Shown here: positions 38,714-50,827 of the stretch, piece after piece
Numbering within the stretch: the stretch's first letter is position 1
Layout of the letters: every line of letters begins with the position of its first letter
NCBI RefSeq assembly: GCF_006345805.1
Contig: NC_043015.1
Span: 7,750,001-7,814,000 of the forward strand
Direction of reading: 5' to 3'
DNA: 64,000 bases
Source of the DNA: Octopus sinensis
Taxonomy: Eukaryota
Made by a program: the position numbers and the translations under genes
Notes under the pieces: model-generated
What the model was told of the DNA's origin: nothing
The model's database searches: none
Seen by the model: only the letters and a program-made list of their open reading frames with translations

Positions 38714-40329
38714 CTAGAAAATTGATGTAATAAAATATGGCCAAACAGAAAATAAATTATCAATAATACTGAAATATATTTGAAGAATATTACACGAAAA
38801 GTACGTATGGAAAGAGAAGATCGTGACATTGTTGAATAGAGTATGCTACAAACATAAATTCAATATGTTGTTTAATAAGATTAAACAGGTTTTAAATTAC
38901 TAAGTAAATGTTAAATTGATTACAAGTTTAACTTTAAATTGTTAATAAATATTAACAAAAAAATTAGTTTTATGAAAATATTTATACAGGATTTTTACGA
39001 TGGATGTAACTTTACTCATTTTGATAGTATTTGGACTGTGAATCAGAAAACGTTCGTTTTTTTCTTCGACAGCCCCAAACATTTGTGCAGAGCCGGATTC
39101 AATACTGCGGCCTTTGATTCCACAATCGGTCAATGTCTACAGGAAAAATATCAGCATTATTGAAAAGAAAAATTAGAAAAAAAAAACGGCGGAGAAATAT
39201 TGTTCCAAATGATTATTTATATAATGAAATTTGCTTCAAACCCAAAAGGAGGTGAGCCATGTTCGTAAAATCCGAAAACATGATATATTCTATAGTCTAT
39301 GGGTTCAAGAGATGAACTATTAAATTCTTGTAATCAATTCCTGAGATTAAGATGTATGATTGAGATGAATGGTCATATTATATATATTCTGTCTAATAAT
39401 CGATGTGTAGAGACATGGACACGCCGTCTGTATATGTAAAAGAAGTAAAACGCCTATGACACGTGGGAATATTACACAAATGGGAAATATAAATATGAAT
39501 TGTGAGTGTGTAATGCGAGTATGTAACGCATGCAGGTCAATGTAGAATTCAAATCGGCAAAACAAGTATATGTATGAATATTAATGAAGTTATATATGTA
39601 CTTTATGGATTTGACAACTAATATATGAATATGTGACTAGACGTTCAAAGTGAAATCGATTAACAAATCGCTAGTGTTTAGATCAAAATCTAACATCTCT
39701 ATGGTAAGTCCACCATCGATCAGTTTTAACCATGTGACTGTAGCTGGAATATATATGTGACTCAGCATATTCATTTGCTCAGTAGTTAGGATGAATGGCT
39801 ATTTAAGCAGAGATATTCAGTAAGCGCTTAAATTGGCAATATCGAAACTCCCCAGTATTTTCGGCATTTTGTTATTTTTGACCCCCGTCTCTACGTAAAT
39901 AAGCACGCTGAAGAGCGTCACGCACAAACTAGAATGGTGAAGAGCTGCAAAGATAATGTAATCTTCATAGAATCTAATACTAGGATATTGAAATACTTGG
40001 CACATTTCTAAGGGACGATGTGGCGGTTACAGAAGCAAAATTCAACAGAGAAAAGTCAATATATGTAGACATTGAGAGATAGAGCAATGATGTTCAAAAG
40101 CTCCCTAGAGTGTATGACGAATGTACCCCTTAAATTGTTATAGGTCCGGTTTGATCAGAGCAATTTGAAACGGCGGACAGAGATGACGAACGGTAATCTT
40201 GACCCCGAAGGATTTGACTCAGTTCACGCCTCACTGGATTGAGACGCGTGCTCTTTCACTTTTTGTGGTTGTATTGCGTCTCACTTATCAGCATCTGTTG
40301 AATGGAGAATAGGCTACATCATATCTCAT

Positions 40330-40545
40330 GATGCGCAGATATGCAACTCCTTGACGGTTAACGGCCATGGTCACTGTTTTTTTCGACTCATTTTTCAACA
40401 ACCATCTGCCAGCCGTTCCATGGCATTCTGTTGTGTACTACTAGTGGGCGAGATTGATAGCATTCTCTGCTTGTGTTGCTTCGAAGATCCTTCGAGACAC
40501 CGTCCATCAAAATATTCCGGAAATATCTTGAAGGGAAAACATTGA
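40330..40545 (-). pseudogene. Highly decayed LINE reverse-transcriptase fragment
   Basis: Minus-strand peptides FRNILMDGVSKDL and QQNAMERLADGC*KMSRKKTVTMAVNR resemble the RT motifs LFNIFMD and LQ..L.RL...C...G..I...KT..M. Confidence 0.45.
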
Positions 40546-43500
40546 TAGTTCGTGAGTATCTCTTGATCGATCTATTTACACTTGTTAATCAATTTAGGAC
40601 CTGAGAAATGGCTAGTCTCGCTTCTATATTAGAACAAATTAAAATTTTATAACAGTGATTCCAGACGCACTGATATGTTTTCAACTAGATATTATTTGGC
40701 TGGTACTATATTTTTCAACTCTGAAAATTGAAGTCAAATCAAGACTTTTGGGGATTTGAACACAATATTACATGTTCGTAATTGAATTCTTGAAGGTATT
40801 TCACTCGACTCTGTACTTATTTTACATTCTATTGTTTGCTTCGCTCTCAAACGTATTTCATTTTAACCATAAATAAAAACAACATAATAATTGTATGAAA
40901 ACAAAAGTGAACATTAATTAATATTTCTTATTAAATTATGGTTATCATTTCTCTATTTTATATTATTAAAATAGAATATTGAAATTAGATGTAAATTTTA
41001 CAATAATGTTTCTGTGCAACAAGAATTATTTTCGTAATTTAATTGCTTCAAATTATTCACAATATTTTATTATCTTTTGATTGCACCACCTGCTTCAAGG
41101 TGGTTTCGTTGTTTTCGTTTTTCTTTATTTTTTCTAATGGGATTCTTAAATTCGAAAGATACACAATAAATCATAGTCATTAAATGCCTTTCACATTCTC
41201 GATAATACAATAGCATTGAAAGTCAGCAATATTTTGGTTTTGGTACTTGGTATTGTTAGGAAAAGGATTAAAAATCAAATCGACCAAATATTATTATGCA
41301 AAATCTGTACAATGTTTCATAGTTTGAATATGATATTAAATATTTCAACTGAGAACTATGCATAACCAATATTATATAATATTTCTACGAATCACAATAA
41401 AAATTGCCAACGGTTCAGCTGCACATTGACACATATGTCATTAATTAATTATTAGTGTTATGGTTTAAATAACTTGTTATTTTAAACCAATTGTTTAGCG
41501 AATGTGTTCAGTCTTGTCGCCATTAACATGTATTACACGGTTAAATTATACAAATATTAAAGTCATTGTTTGCCTGTAAGGTTTTCTTTAATGATCATGT
41601 TTAGGAAACATCATGTATAAAATTGATAATGTGTTATTGAAACAGTAGTCAGTGAGATGTAGAAATAGATATATAAATATAGTGAATGATAGAAAATTAT
41701 AGGATGATAGTCGAAAAATTAGTTAACTCCTACTTCGTATTCTAGCCACTCATAGGAATACATTATATCACAATAACGATCTTGTTCCCATTTCATAGTA
41801 AATGATGGTGGTTGTGAATGTGATGTGTAACACTGGCGCAAAATTTTGTTAAAGTAATCACAACAGTGAAAATCTTATCTTCTTTATATGACAGACTGCA
41901 TTTTCTAGAATGTCAGTCGCGTTTTTAACGACTCTAGTCTCTGACTAAAGTCGAACGACTTTGATGCATTTCAACAATTTATTTTCACGGATATGCTTCA
42001 AAAGTATACATGTCGTTGATTACAACACATCTTTATTCATTACTGGTGAATGAATTAATAATATATAAGAACAACTTACAAGGAAAGGTATTATATTCAT
42101 TTATGAAATATAGTATTCTCTAAAAAAACCAGCCACATGTATGTTAAATGTGCTTGAACATTTTCAGTAAATTTACTTTATTATATACTGCCGCATTTTA
42201 GCATCGAAAGAGTATATTCAAACTACGCCATGTTAAGTTTTAAAGGTACGACTTGAGTTATATCTTTCGAGAATCTTTACTGATAAAGAGTAATTATAAA
42301 AGAAACATCATACTTGATGAATTTATGCAATTGAATTTGTAGTCGTTACACAGAATACAATTGGAAACATCGAAATGACCTTGATTTTTCAGTTAATAGC
42401 ATGATTTCTCTCCCTCCTCTCTCTCTTTATCATTCTCTCTATCTATCTATCTATCTACCTATCTATTTATCTCTCTCTGTCTCGCTTTCTCTCTCTCTAT
42501 ATATATAGTTTCGTATGTACACATATACATACGCATATACATACGTTCATACAGTCGCATTGAGAACACACGTATATCGATTGATAAGATCAATAACCTG
42601 AACTCCACTTTTATCAGATTTACGTAGCTTAATTTGTTTGCGTTTAAATGCTTTGCTATCTATCTATCTATCTATCTATCTATCGTCTGTCCGTCCGTCT
42701 ATATATCTGTGTATCAAGCAGAATTACAGGTTACTGGTCAAACAGAATCTAGCTTAGAATTCACTTTCCATGCTTTGGGACTGGGCTTGTGCTTTGTAAT
42801 TGAACTCAAAACTCATAGATTCATACCACATTTCTTATTTACACAGTCACGTATGATAAAACATGTCATCAATATCAACTCTCTTGATTAGTCTCTCATG
42901 AATGGATCAGTGGTGAAGAAGACATAATTCCATCCTAATTTTGTATGGGAAAATAAGAAAAATGTGTGTTGTTCACAAATTACAGAGAAAAAATGCTATT
43001 GTAAATTGTTTGTGTGAAAGGAGGATAAGGTTAACGGAATAAGTTTGATGAGGCGTAATAATTTTCAAGATTTTATCAACGTTTCGTGAAATACTGTACA
43101 TGTGACTGGCTTCATATTTGTTCTGTTGTTGACGGATCATTGATATTTCCACATAAAACCACCAATTTCGATCTTATGACTGATTGATCACTTTAGTAAT
43201 GTCACAAACGAAAATAGTTTTAGTAGAAATTAAAACACATTGTGAGATACTGAATATTATAAGAGTTTTAATGAGGTTTCGGTTCATGAAATGGTCAGCA
43301 AACTATTCGTATAATGTAGGGAAAATGAAAAAAAATAAAGGTTTTAATAACAATTTATCAGATGAAGCGCATCGATTGATTGGCTTGACTGTCGGGGATC
43401 TGTATACATTTCTAAACTGGAAAACTGTCTTTTATATTAAGAGGTGACGTCATTAGTCTCACTTTTGATTGGGAGATATTCATTAGGACATTTTATATGA

Positions 43501-44368
43501 CCTTAGAAATATTTGTATGTATAATCGATGGAAAATGGTTCAGAATATGATTCATATTCATGTACTTAATTATCTATCAAAATAAAAACAAAAAGAGCCC
43601 GATCAAAGAAATGAAAATGAGGGACTTAACAATGCTTGTCGGAGTAAATAAATACTTGAGGTGAGAATTAAGTATTTAACGGGGCTTGAAAATGGATGAT
43701 ATTTTTACAGGCTTACACTGCTCTACACCAGTCGTACAAAATTCAGTTAATCTATATTGCTGTAGGATCTAATTCATTTACATACCAGTCCATGCACTGC
43801 AACAAGAATACAGGCATACATTTAATTTTCTATTCAATAATTACTCAAATGTTACCAAGGAAGACCTAACAAGTACGCCATAAAAGCTTCACAAATGCTA
43901 ACTAGTGTCTCTAAGAGAACGAATAATTAAAAGATACGTGATGAAGGCTTAATGAAAGCTAAAACTAATCTCTTGTTCAAGTCGAAAAGAGAATTCATAC
44001 ATTTTAATTCGAACGAGGTTAAATACACGTGTACTGAAAACGCAAGTTGTAAATGAATAGTTAAGTTTGCTTTTACTTATATAAACACGTTTACATCTAC
44101 ATATACGATATATATTGTTAGCTGTAAATATATATTTTACATTATTTACACATACACACACATACACGGACTCATTCACACACACATACATACAGTATAA
44201 TATAATATATAATGTAACGTAATATACACATGCATACATATATAGTGTTTGTTAATGAAATCTTAAGTTTCTTTATATCTTTGTGTGCGCGTGTATATAT
44301 ACATATATACATACATATATATACATATATATATGTATGTATGTGTGCGGGGGTATATATAAATATGT

Positions 44369-44401
<33 letters not shown>

Positions 44402-45989
44402 CATATATATATATATATTTATATAGTGTTCTACATGTGCAAGGCTGCTTAAATTGCCTATATTGAAACCATGTTCGAATTATTTTCAGATAACTTTCGG
44501 GGTGAAATATTTCCTTTGTCTTTAAAATACTAAATAGCTACCGACTTTCAACGAAAGAACAATTGTTATGCTACATTAAAATGTCTGCTTCAGGTCTAAC
44601 AATGTTATTAAATGTATTAAATTCATAAATGACGTTTTCTAGTTTAATATCCTAAGGTCTGGAATCAAAAGCGAAGTTGTGTTATCTTTGAATTATGTTG
44701 CCGTTCCTGCTCTACCTCGTTTCATAAAAATGGTTGTGTATCATCAAAGGTAGCAAAACTCTAATAATGTTTATTGAGTGGCGTGGAGAGATTGGTGTCT
44801 ATCGATCGAAAGAATCTCTGTATTATTCAATCTTTCAAGCTTATTGATTTATTCAAATACTCTCTTTCACTGAAGTTATATAAAACGATAACCAAAAGCA
44901 GGGGTTATATGTAGCATTTGTTAATTGCATGACTGCTTGATGAATCATGTCAAGAAAGAAAGCATTGTAATTATTAAAAAAAATTCCATTTTATATTATT
45001 TTGTTATCAGTTCCTTCTGTGACTAGAGGTTAAATGATTTTATGCGAAATGCTATTAAAAGAAAAACAAGAATTAAAGGGATTATATTGAAAATACAGAA
45101 GGCAAACCTGATATGTAATGACACAAATATTTTGTATACTTTCTGTTATTTTAATGTTTCTATTCGGCTTCTTTATTTTATGCATTTTAAATATTTAAAT
45201 AAAATATTAATTTTTTATTAGACAACAAATAAGCGTTAGGCCACAGGCAATAAGCGATATTCTGCACTGAAAATATTTACTACGTTTATAAAATGAAAAA
45301 CTCAATAAAATTCTAATCAGATAATTTATTTATTTCAATTTTTTCTCTTTTAAATTTATATGGAAAAGGAACAGCAACAAAAAGATAAGCATAAAAAAGC
45401 AAAAAAATAATTAAATAAATAAAAATTTAAAAAAACATTGCAAATAATGTTGCGAGATATTTTGCTTCTATTGATTTAGTAACGGTTTATATTGTTCAGA
45501 CGCCACTAAAGTATGTTTATAAACTCAGAAGTTTAATTATTGTTTTTATAGTAACATAATTCTTATACAAATAAAATTAACAATATATGTGAACTATATA
45601 ACACATTTTCAGTTAGTAATACAATGCGTAACGTAATGAAACTAACAGTAAAGTTAGTATACGGTAGAATTGACTCACAATTTTTTTTTTACTTTCCATG
45701 ATTTTTTTTTTTTTTTTCAAGTTTCGCCGAAACTGATTTTGAAATTTATCTGCCCACAATATCGAAATAAATTGAAAACACAAAGAAATAGACAATAGTC
45801 GATTTAAAAAAAATCTACTCGTAACCCGCTTAACATACATATACAGAAGCAATACTTTAACATCGTCAGTTTTGTTCCATAGTATTAATGGGTATTTTGC
45901 ATTTTGCAATATAGCCCCTCACGTCCGACGACCTTGTGTGGTCCAGCCTAGATCTATTTCGAAGTGTCATTCTACTGACCCTACCAATA

Positions 45990-46595
45990 ATCGCTTTTCA
46001 ACCGGAGCCATCTACATCATTCCTAATGGCTTTTCAACTCATTGCAATAATAATGAGAGTTCCATGGAACTTAGTAATGCCACATCCAGCGAACACTCAG
46101 TTGGCATATATTGTTCCCTCCCATTCTTTCGGCAGTCGTCCAATAAGCTGGTACTTACTTGGGAATCAGTTCATTTCCGCACTTGCGTGAAGTCGAAAAG
46201 CGAGATAAGTGACCTCAAGAAATTTTCTTCAGGTCACTTTCGAAAAACCCTGTCCTTATACTTTGGAGATAAGTATCAGGATTATTGTTGTGACTTGTTT
46301 TCGGCCTAGATCGGTCTGTCTGTCTATCTCTATGTCTCGCTCTTTATTTATTTATCTATCTATCTATCTGTCTGTCTCATCCCTGCTCTCTCAATAGCTA
46401 TGAGGATTTTTTTCTGAATGTGACATTAACACTTTTGAAGGCACTGAATCCTTTGCTGGTTTTCTCAACTACAGTCTTAATAATTTGACGATATCTCCGG
46501 CTGTAAAGTCCCTTAAGCATTTCCTTAGAGCAACTGCGTAGTATGTGTTGTAGACCCTTTCTCTTAGAGCAGCGGATACATGAAAGTGCTTTCAC
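45990..46595 (-). pseudogene. HERO-like RLE-type non-LTR retrotransposon remnant (CCHC zinc knuckle plus restriction-like endonuclease tail)
   Basis: CIRCSKRKGLQHILRSCSKEMLKGLYSRRYRQIIKTVVE (46398-46595) fits C..C.....L.HILS.C.....G.Y..RH.Q... Downstream frameshifted pieces KYQ/LLDDCRKNG...MPTE and KAIRN fit the RLE C-terminus. The remnant is interrupted by a microsatellite at ~46311-46395. Confidence 0.7.
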
Positions 46596-47149
46596 TGAGT
46601 ACCCTATAACCTAAATCGAATACATTGTGTTTAACTGATATAATATATAATATACTGTAAGTCATTTTCAATAATTGATTAATTCTTGATTGGAATCTCA
46701 GAGAATTGCATGTTTGACAATATTTCAATATCCAGTTAATAAGTTGAATGTTACATAATGAACTAAGTATCTTTAAATGAAAGCTTGACTATAATATCAC
46801 AAGTTATCACATGTCTAGAATAAGGTAGGAAACTTATAGTTAAGTTTTCTTTGAAGTAAATTTATGATACGTTATATTTCAGATAACCGATTTCGACTAG
46901 CATAAATATTATGGATGGATGGGTCAAATGAAATTAGTTTTTGGTGGCCAAGAAAACCATTCTTCTATACAAACATTTGCGGGTGCACTTGATTATTGTC
47001 CAAGAAGTGTGAATAGAGATCGATATTCCATCCAGTAGGTTTTGTAATTTGCATATGAAAAAAACTTAGTCTTGGACAAAGAGTGGACACGATGTGTTCA
47101 GTAGAGGAGTCTTTGGTACCACTTCCGTCTATGAAGATATTCATCCTCT

Positions 47150-47330
47150 CTGATCAGCATATTGGTTTCAGGACCCCCCCCCCAAAAAAAAAAACAAAAA
47201 CACGATAGAATACGTTTAAGGCTTGGGGAAACAAGTGATGGGGTTGATTCATTCGCCTATAAGTATTCAAGACAGTGTTTCAGCATGTCCGAAGTCAAAT
47301 AACTGGAAAATGGAAGAGAATAGAAGAATA
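47150..47330 (+). mobile_element. Old SINE 3' half, tail-to-tail with the next copy
   Basis: gatagaata...ggggttgattcattcg...gtgtttcagcatgtccgaagtcaaataactggaa, a decayed version of the major SINE 3' part. Confidence 0.55.
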
Positions 47331-47340
47331 ATATATTCTA

Positions 47341-47528
47341 TTCTTTTAATTGTTTCAGTAATTTGAGTGCGTCTTTAGTTAAAGAAATCGACCCCGGGAC
47401 TTATTCTTTGTAAGCCTATTACTTATTTTATTGTTCCCTTTTGCCGATCCTCTAATTTACGGGTACGTAAACACACCAACGTCGGTAGTCAAGCGAAGGT
47501 GGGGAGACAATCACAGGCACACAAATAC

Positions 47529-47559
<31 letters not shown>

Positions 47560-47680
47560 GAGATACGCTTCTTTCAGTTTCCGTCTACCAAATCCACTCG
47601 TTGTGCTTCGGTCTGCCTGAGGCTATAATAGAATACACTCGCCCAAGCTGCTACGCAGTGGGGTGAAGCCGGAACCATGT
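47341..47680 (-). mobile_element. Major octopus SINE
   Basis: gtttcagt...gaaatcgaccccgggacttattctttgtaagcct...cagtttccgtctaccaaatccactc...ccggaaccatg. Confidence 0.88.
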
Positions 47681-47683
47681 ATG

Positions 47684-47727
<44 letters not shown>

Positions 47728-48154
47728 AATATATATATGTGTGTGTGTGTGTGTGTGTTTACTGTGTGTGTATATTGATATTTCTTGCTAGTTGTACCAT
47801 AAAGCTCTACATCAAAGACAATGCAGCGTTAAACTGCACAATTGCTCCATATAGTTACAAAAGTAATGTCGTATTGCAACTTCACGCTGGTTGTGGTTTC
47901 GTACTTTCGGCTTACTAACCTTCTTCACGTAAAAATTAGCACAACATAAAAACAGAAAATAGAGACGACCCACTCAAAAAAAAAAAAACGTAAGATAATC
48001 CCTATAAAAATGTCGCTATCCGATGACAAATCTGTATGTCTAGATTTGCTAACAGCTTTTAAGAATGTGTATAGTGTTGCGTTGAGTCAAATATTTTGCA
48101 ATACTTTGGTAATTTATCTCCTTTTGTACTCAAGTTACAGCAAAAGCAGACAAG

Positions 48155-48595
48155 CATTCAAATTAGAAGCCATCGATTGCACATTCTGATACCACCTTTC
48201 TGCCACTTCTTTGATACCATGCTGATACCATTGTCTTTGGACGCGGAAAAATCCTTCACTGCAGCTTCCATCTCATCTTAGCCAATGAAGTGTCGTGAGC
48301 GCAGGATGTGGGCCAAGTATCGGAACGAGTAATAATATGAGAGAGCTATGTCTAAAGTGTATGCTGGGTGTGACATCAGTTCTATTACCTGAAATTCCTA
48401 GAGATTTTTTCGGTTCGTTCGAACGGTACGAGCTCTTTCGTTGTTTTATTGTAGAAGAGTTCGTGCTATTCACCAATGCAGAACATTTATACCGCACAAT
48501 GGCATATATCAACTATCCGTAACGAAATCGCAGTGCCCCATCCTTATATAATTCTGCAAGACGCAGAGCAACACCATGACTTCATATTCTGAGAC
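48155..48595 (-). pseudogene. Mariner (Tc1/mariner DD34D-type) transposase remnant, C-terminal half
   Basis: Minus-strand pieces VLLCVLQNY..MGHCDFV (cf. KVMLCVWW...IH.EL), LLQ*NNERART (cf. LLHDNARPHT), IELMSHPAYTLDIALSYYYSFRYLAHIL (cf. LPHPPYSPDLAPSDY.LF), EMEAAVKDFSASK and WYQHGIKEVAERW. It contains stops, frameshifts and an internal deletion. Confidence 0.85.
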
Positions 48596-48755
48596 AAGGC
48601 CAGTTTAAAAGGAAACTCGAATCCACCGACCCTAGAACTCAACTGCTACTTATTCTATCAACCCCATAAACATGAAAGACAAAGTAGACATTGGAGAGAC
48701 TTGACCTCAGAACATGACGTTGAACGAAATGCCGCTGAGCATGTCGCCCAGCGTT
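48596..48755 (-). mobile_element. Nin-domain-like SINE abutting the mariner remnant
   Basis: ttattctatcaacccc...atgaaagacaaagtagac...gacctcagaac...gaaatgccgctgagcat. Confidence 0.7.
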
Positions 48756-49607
48756 AACTTCAGTTAACAAAATATTACAAATCTTCACTCTATGCTATAT
48801 TAACTACCATAGCATTAAATATATTAAATAACGTATATGATTTAAAGAAATTATTCTCAATAATACCTCTCACACGACTAATCAATAGTCTATCATTTGC
48901 CCTTATGAATAAGGCTCATGTCTTGATCTCTAGCATTCCAGTCTTTCTCTCGTTAAAGGATTGAGTTTCAAACAATCTTCTATATTCATTCAATAGTGGA
49001 AATATTCAATGAAAGCTAATCATATTTCACGTATCATTTTTGACACCCGATCTCTGCAATAAGTACAGAAGCTATCCAGCCTTTCTTTTGTTAAACGGAA
49101 GTCACAAGGTTTTCGCATATTTCCGAATCATTTGTGTAGCTTCTGTGTCTTCATAGTAAACTAACAGAATTCTAGGCTTGGTCTCTCTCTCTCTCTTTCT
49201 TTCACTCCCTCTCACTCACTCTTCCACACGCACTATATAAGAGTGTCTGTGTGATGTGTGTAAGTGTACGTGTGTGTATGTGTAGTTACGCGGGCGTGTG
49301 TGTGTGTATGAATGTGTTTGCTGCTTTGTATATGTCATGCATTCAACCTTGTTACTAAGTACAGATACTTATTCGACATTTGAAGACAGATTTGCCGTCT
49401 ATTTTTAAAATTGCTTTTCGCATTCTTGCTTCAAACATGTACAAGCACTCTACCATGCGGTCACATATAATGATCTCTTCCCCTCTCTCTCTCTCTCCGT
49501 CTATCTGTTTGTCTATCTATCTCTGCCTTATATACATGCAGACACACGCACAAGCACATACACAGATGGGTACACACACGCACGTATATATATATATATA
49601 TATATAT

Positions 49608-49873
49608 AGTGGATTTGGTAGACGGAAACTGAAAGAAGCTCGTCGTATATATGCATATTTATATATGTGTGTGTGTGTTTGTGAGTCTGTATTTGTACCC
49701 CTAACATCGCTTTACAACCGATGCTGGTGTGTTTACGTCACCGTAACTTAGCTGTTCGGCAAATAGACTATTAGAATAATTACTAGGCTTACAAAGTCCT
49801 GGAGTCGATTTGCTCGACTAAAGGCGGTGTCCCAGCATGACCGCAGTCGAATAACTGAAACAAGTAAAAGAAT
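49608..49873 (+). mobile_element. Major octopus SINE, body and tail only
   Basis: Starts at agtggatttggtagacgg directly after (TA)n and ends ...actgaaacaagtaaaagaat. Confidence 0.9.
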
Positions 49874-49929
49874 ATGATTATATACATATAAATCTATGTG
49901 CATATATATATATAGATGTAGATAACTAC

Positions 49930-49984
<55 letters not shown>

Positions 49985-49992
<8 letters not shown>

Positions 49993-50084
49993 AACACACT
50001 TGCCAAAATGCCACACAGTGGTATTGAAGCCGGAACTATGTGATTGATAAGCAAGCTACTTACCAAACAGCCACTCCTGCGCCT
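49985..50084 (-). mobile_element. Major octopus SINE, head only
   Basis: acacttgccaaaatgccacacagtgg...agcaagctacttaccaaacagccactcctgcgcct is the reverse complement of the head. Confidence 0.88.
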
Positions 50085-50827
50085 ATATATATTTACACAC
50101 ACAAACACATGTATGCATGTATATGGATATATGCATAGATAATGTTTGCTTTTTTTATATTTTACTTCGTCACAAAACTTCACAAACATGGAACTCATAT
50201 TTTCGTCGATTCATATGCAGACATTTCAGAATGTAAATTTGTTTCGTGTCACTGAATTTTTCGACTCATTGAAATAGGCAAGTATAGGATCGATGCAGAA
50301 TTATATGAAACAATTTCATATTTAATTGAAACCTCAAAATATTTAAGAGATTTCACACATCAGTGTGTAACTTAGAGATCAAAAACTTCAAATCGTATTT
50401 CATGTTTCTCTTTAGAACGACATTCAATTGAGCCGTTTCATGTAACAGACATTCTCAAATGTTACTTGATTATTGTAGTTAAATCGACCAAGTTATAAAC
50501 ATTTCAGGCAGTTGCCCAATTTTCAGCTACTTATTGCATTCAAAATTTTAAATTTTCTATACTTTTTTGAACGCTAGCTTCAACGAGCATTTCCAGATAT
50601 CTAGTTATTTCTATTCTAGCGAAATTATTTATGTAACCTTTACGGGAAATATTAAAAATGTTGTCTGCAATCTAAGCATTTTCCCTTTCACAGATGTCAT
50701 TGTAGACATGCATATATGCTTGTATATATGAGCGTAAGTGTGAGTGTGTACATGCGTGTGTGTGTGTGTGTGTATGTGCATTTGTGTCTATACTTCCTTC
50801 GTTTGATTTTACTATCACAGAAGTGTA

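Noticed and set aside
39905-39940. CTGAAGA-gcg/cgc hairpin resembling a second hammerhead
   Set aside because: Followed by acaaac rather than GAAAC, with no UH triplet or stem I.
45872-46309. 145-aa and 84-aa + strand ORFs in non-repetitive sequence
   Set aside because: Antisense to the HERO-like retrotransposon remnant; better explained as shadow ORFs.
48273-48522. ORFs on both strands
   Set aside because: Frameshifted or antisense pieces of the mariner transposase fossil.
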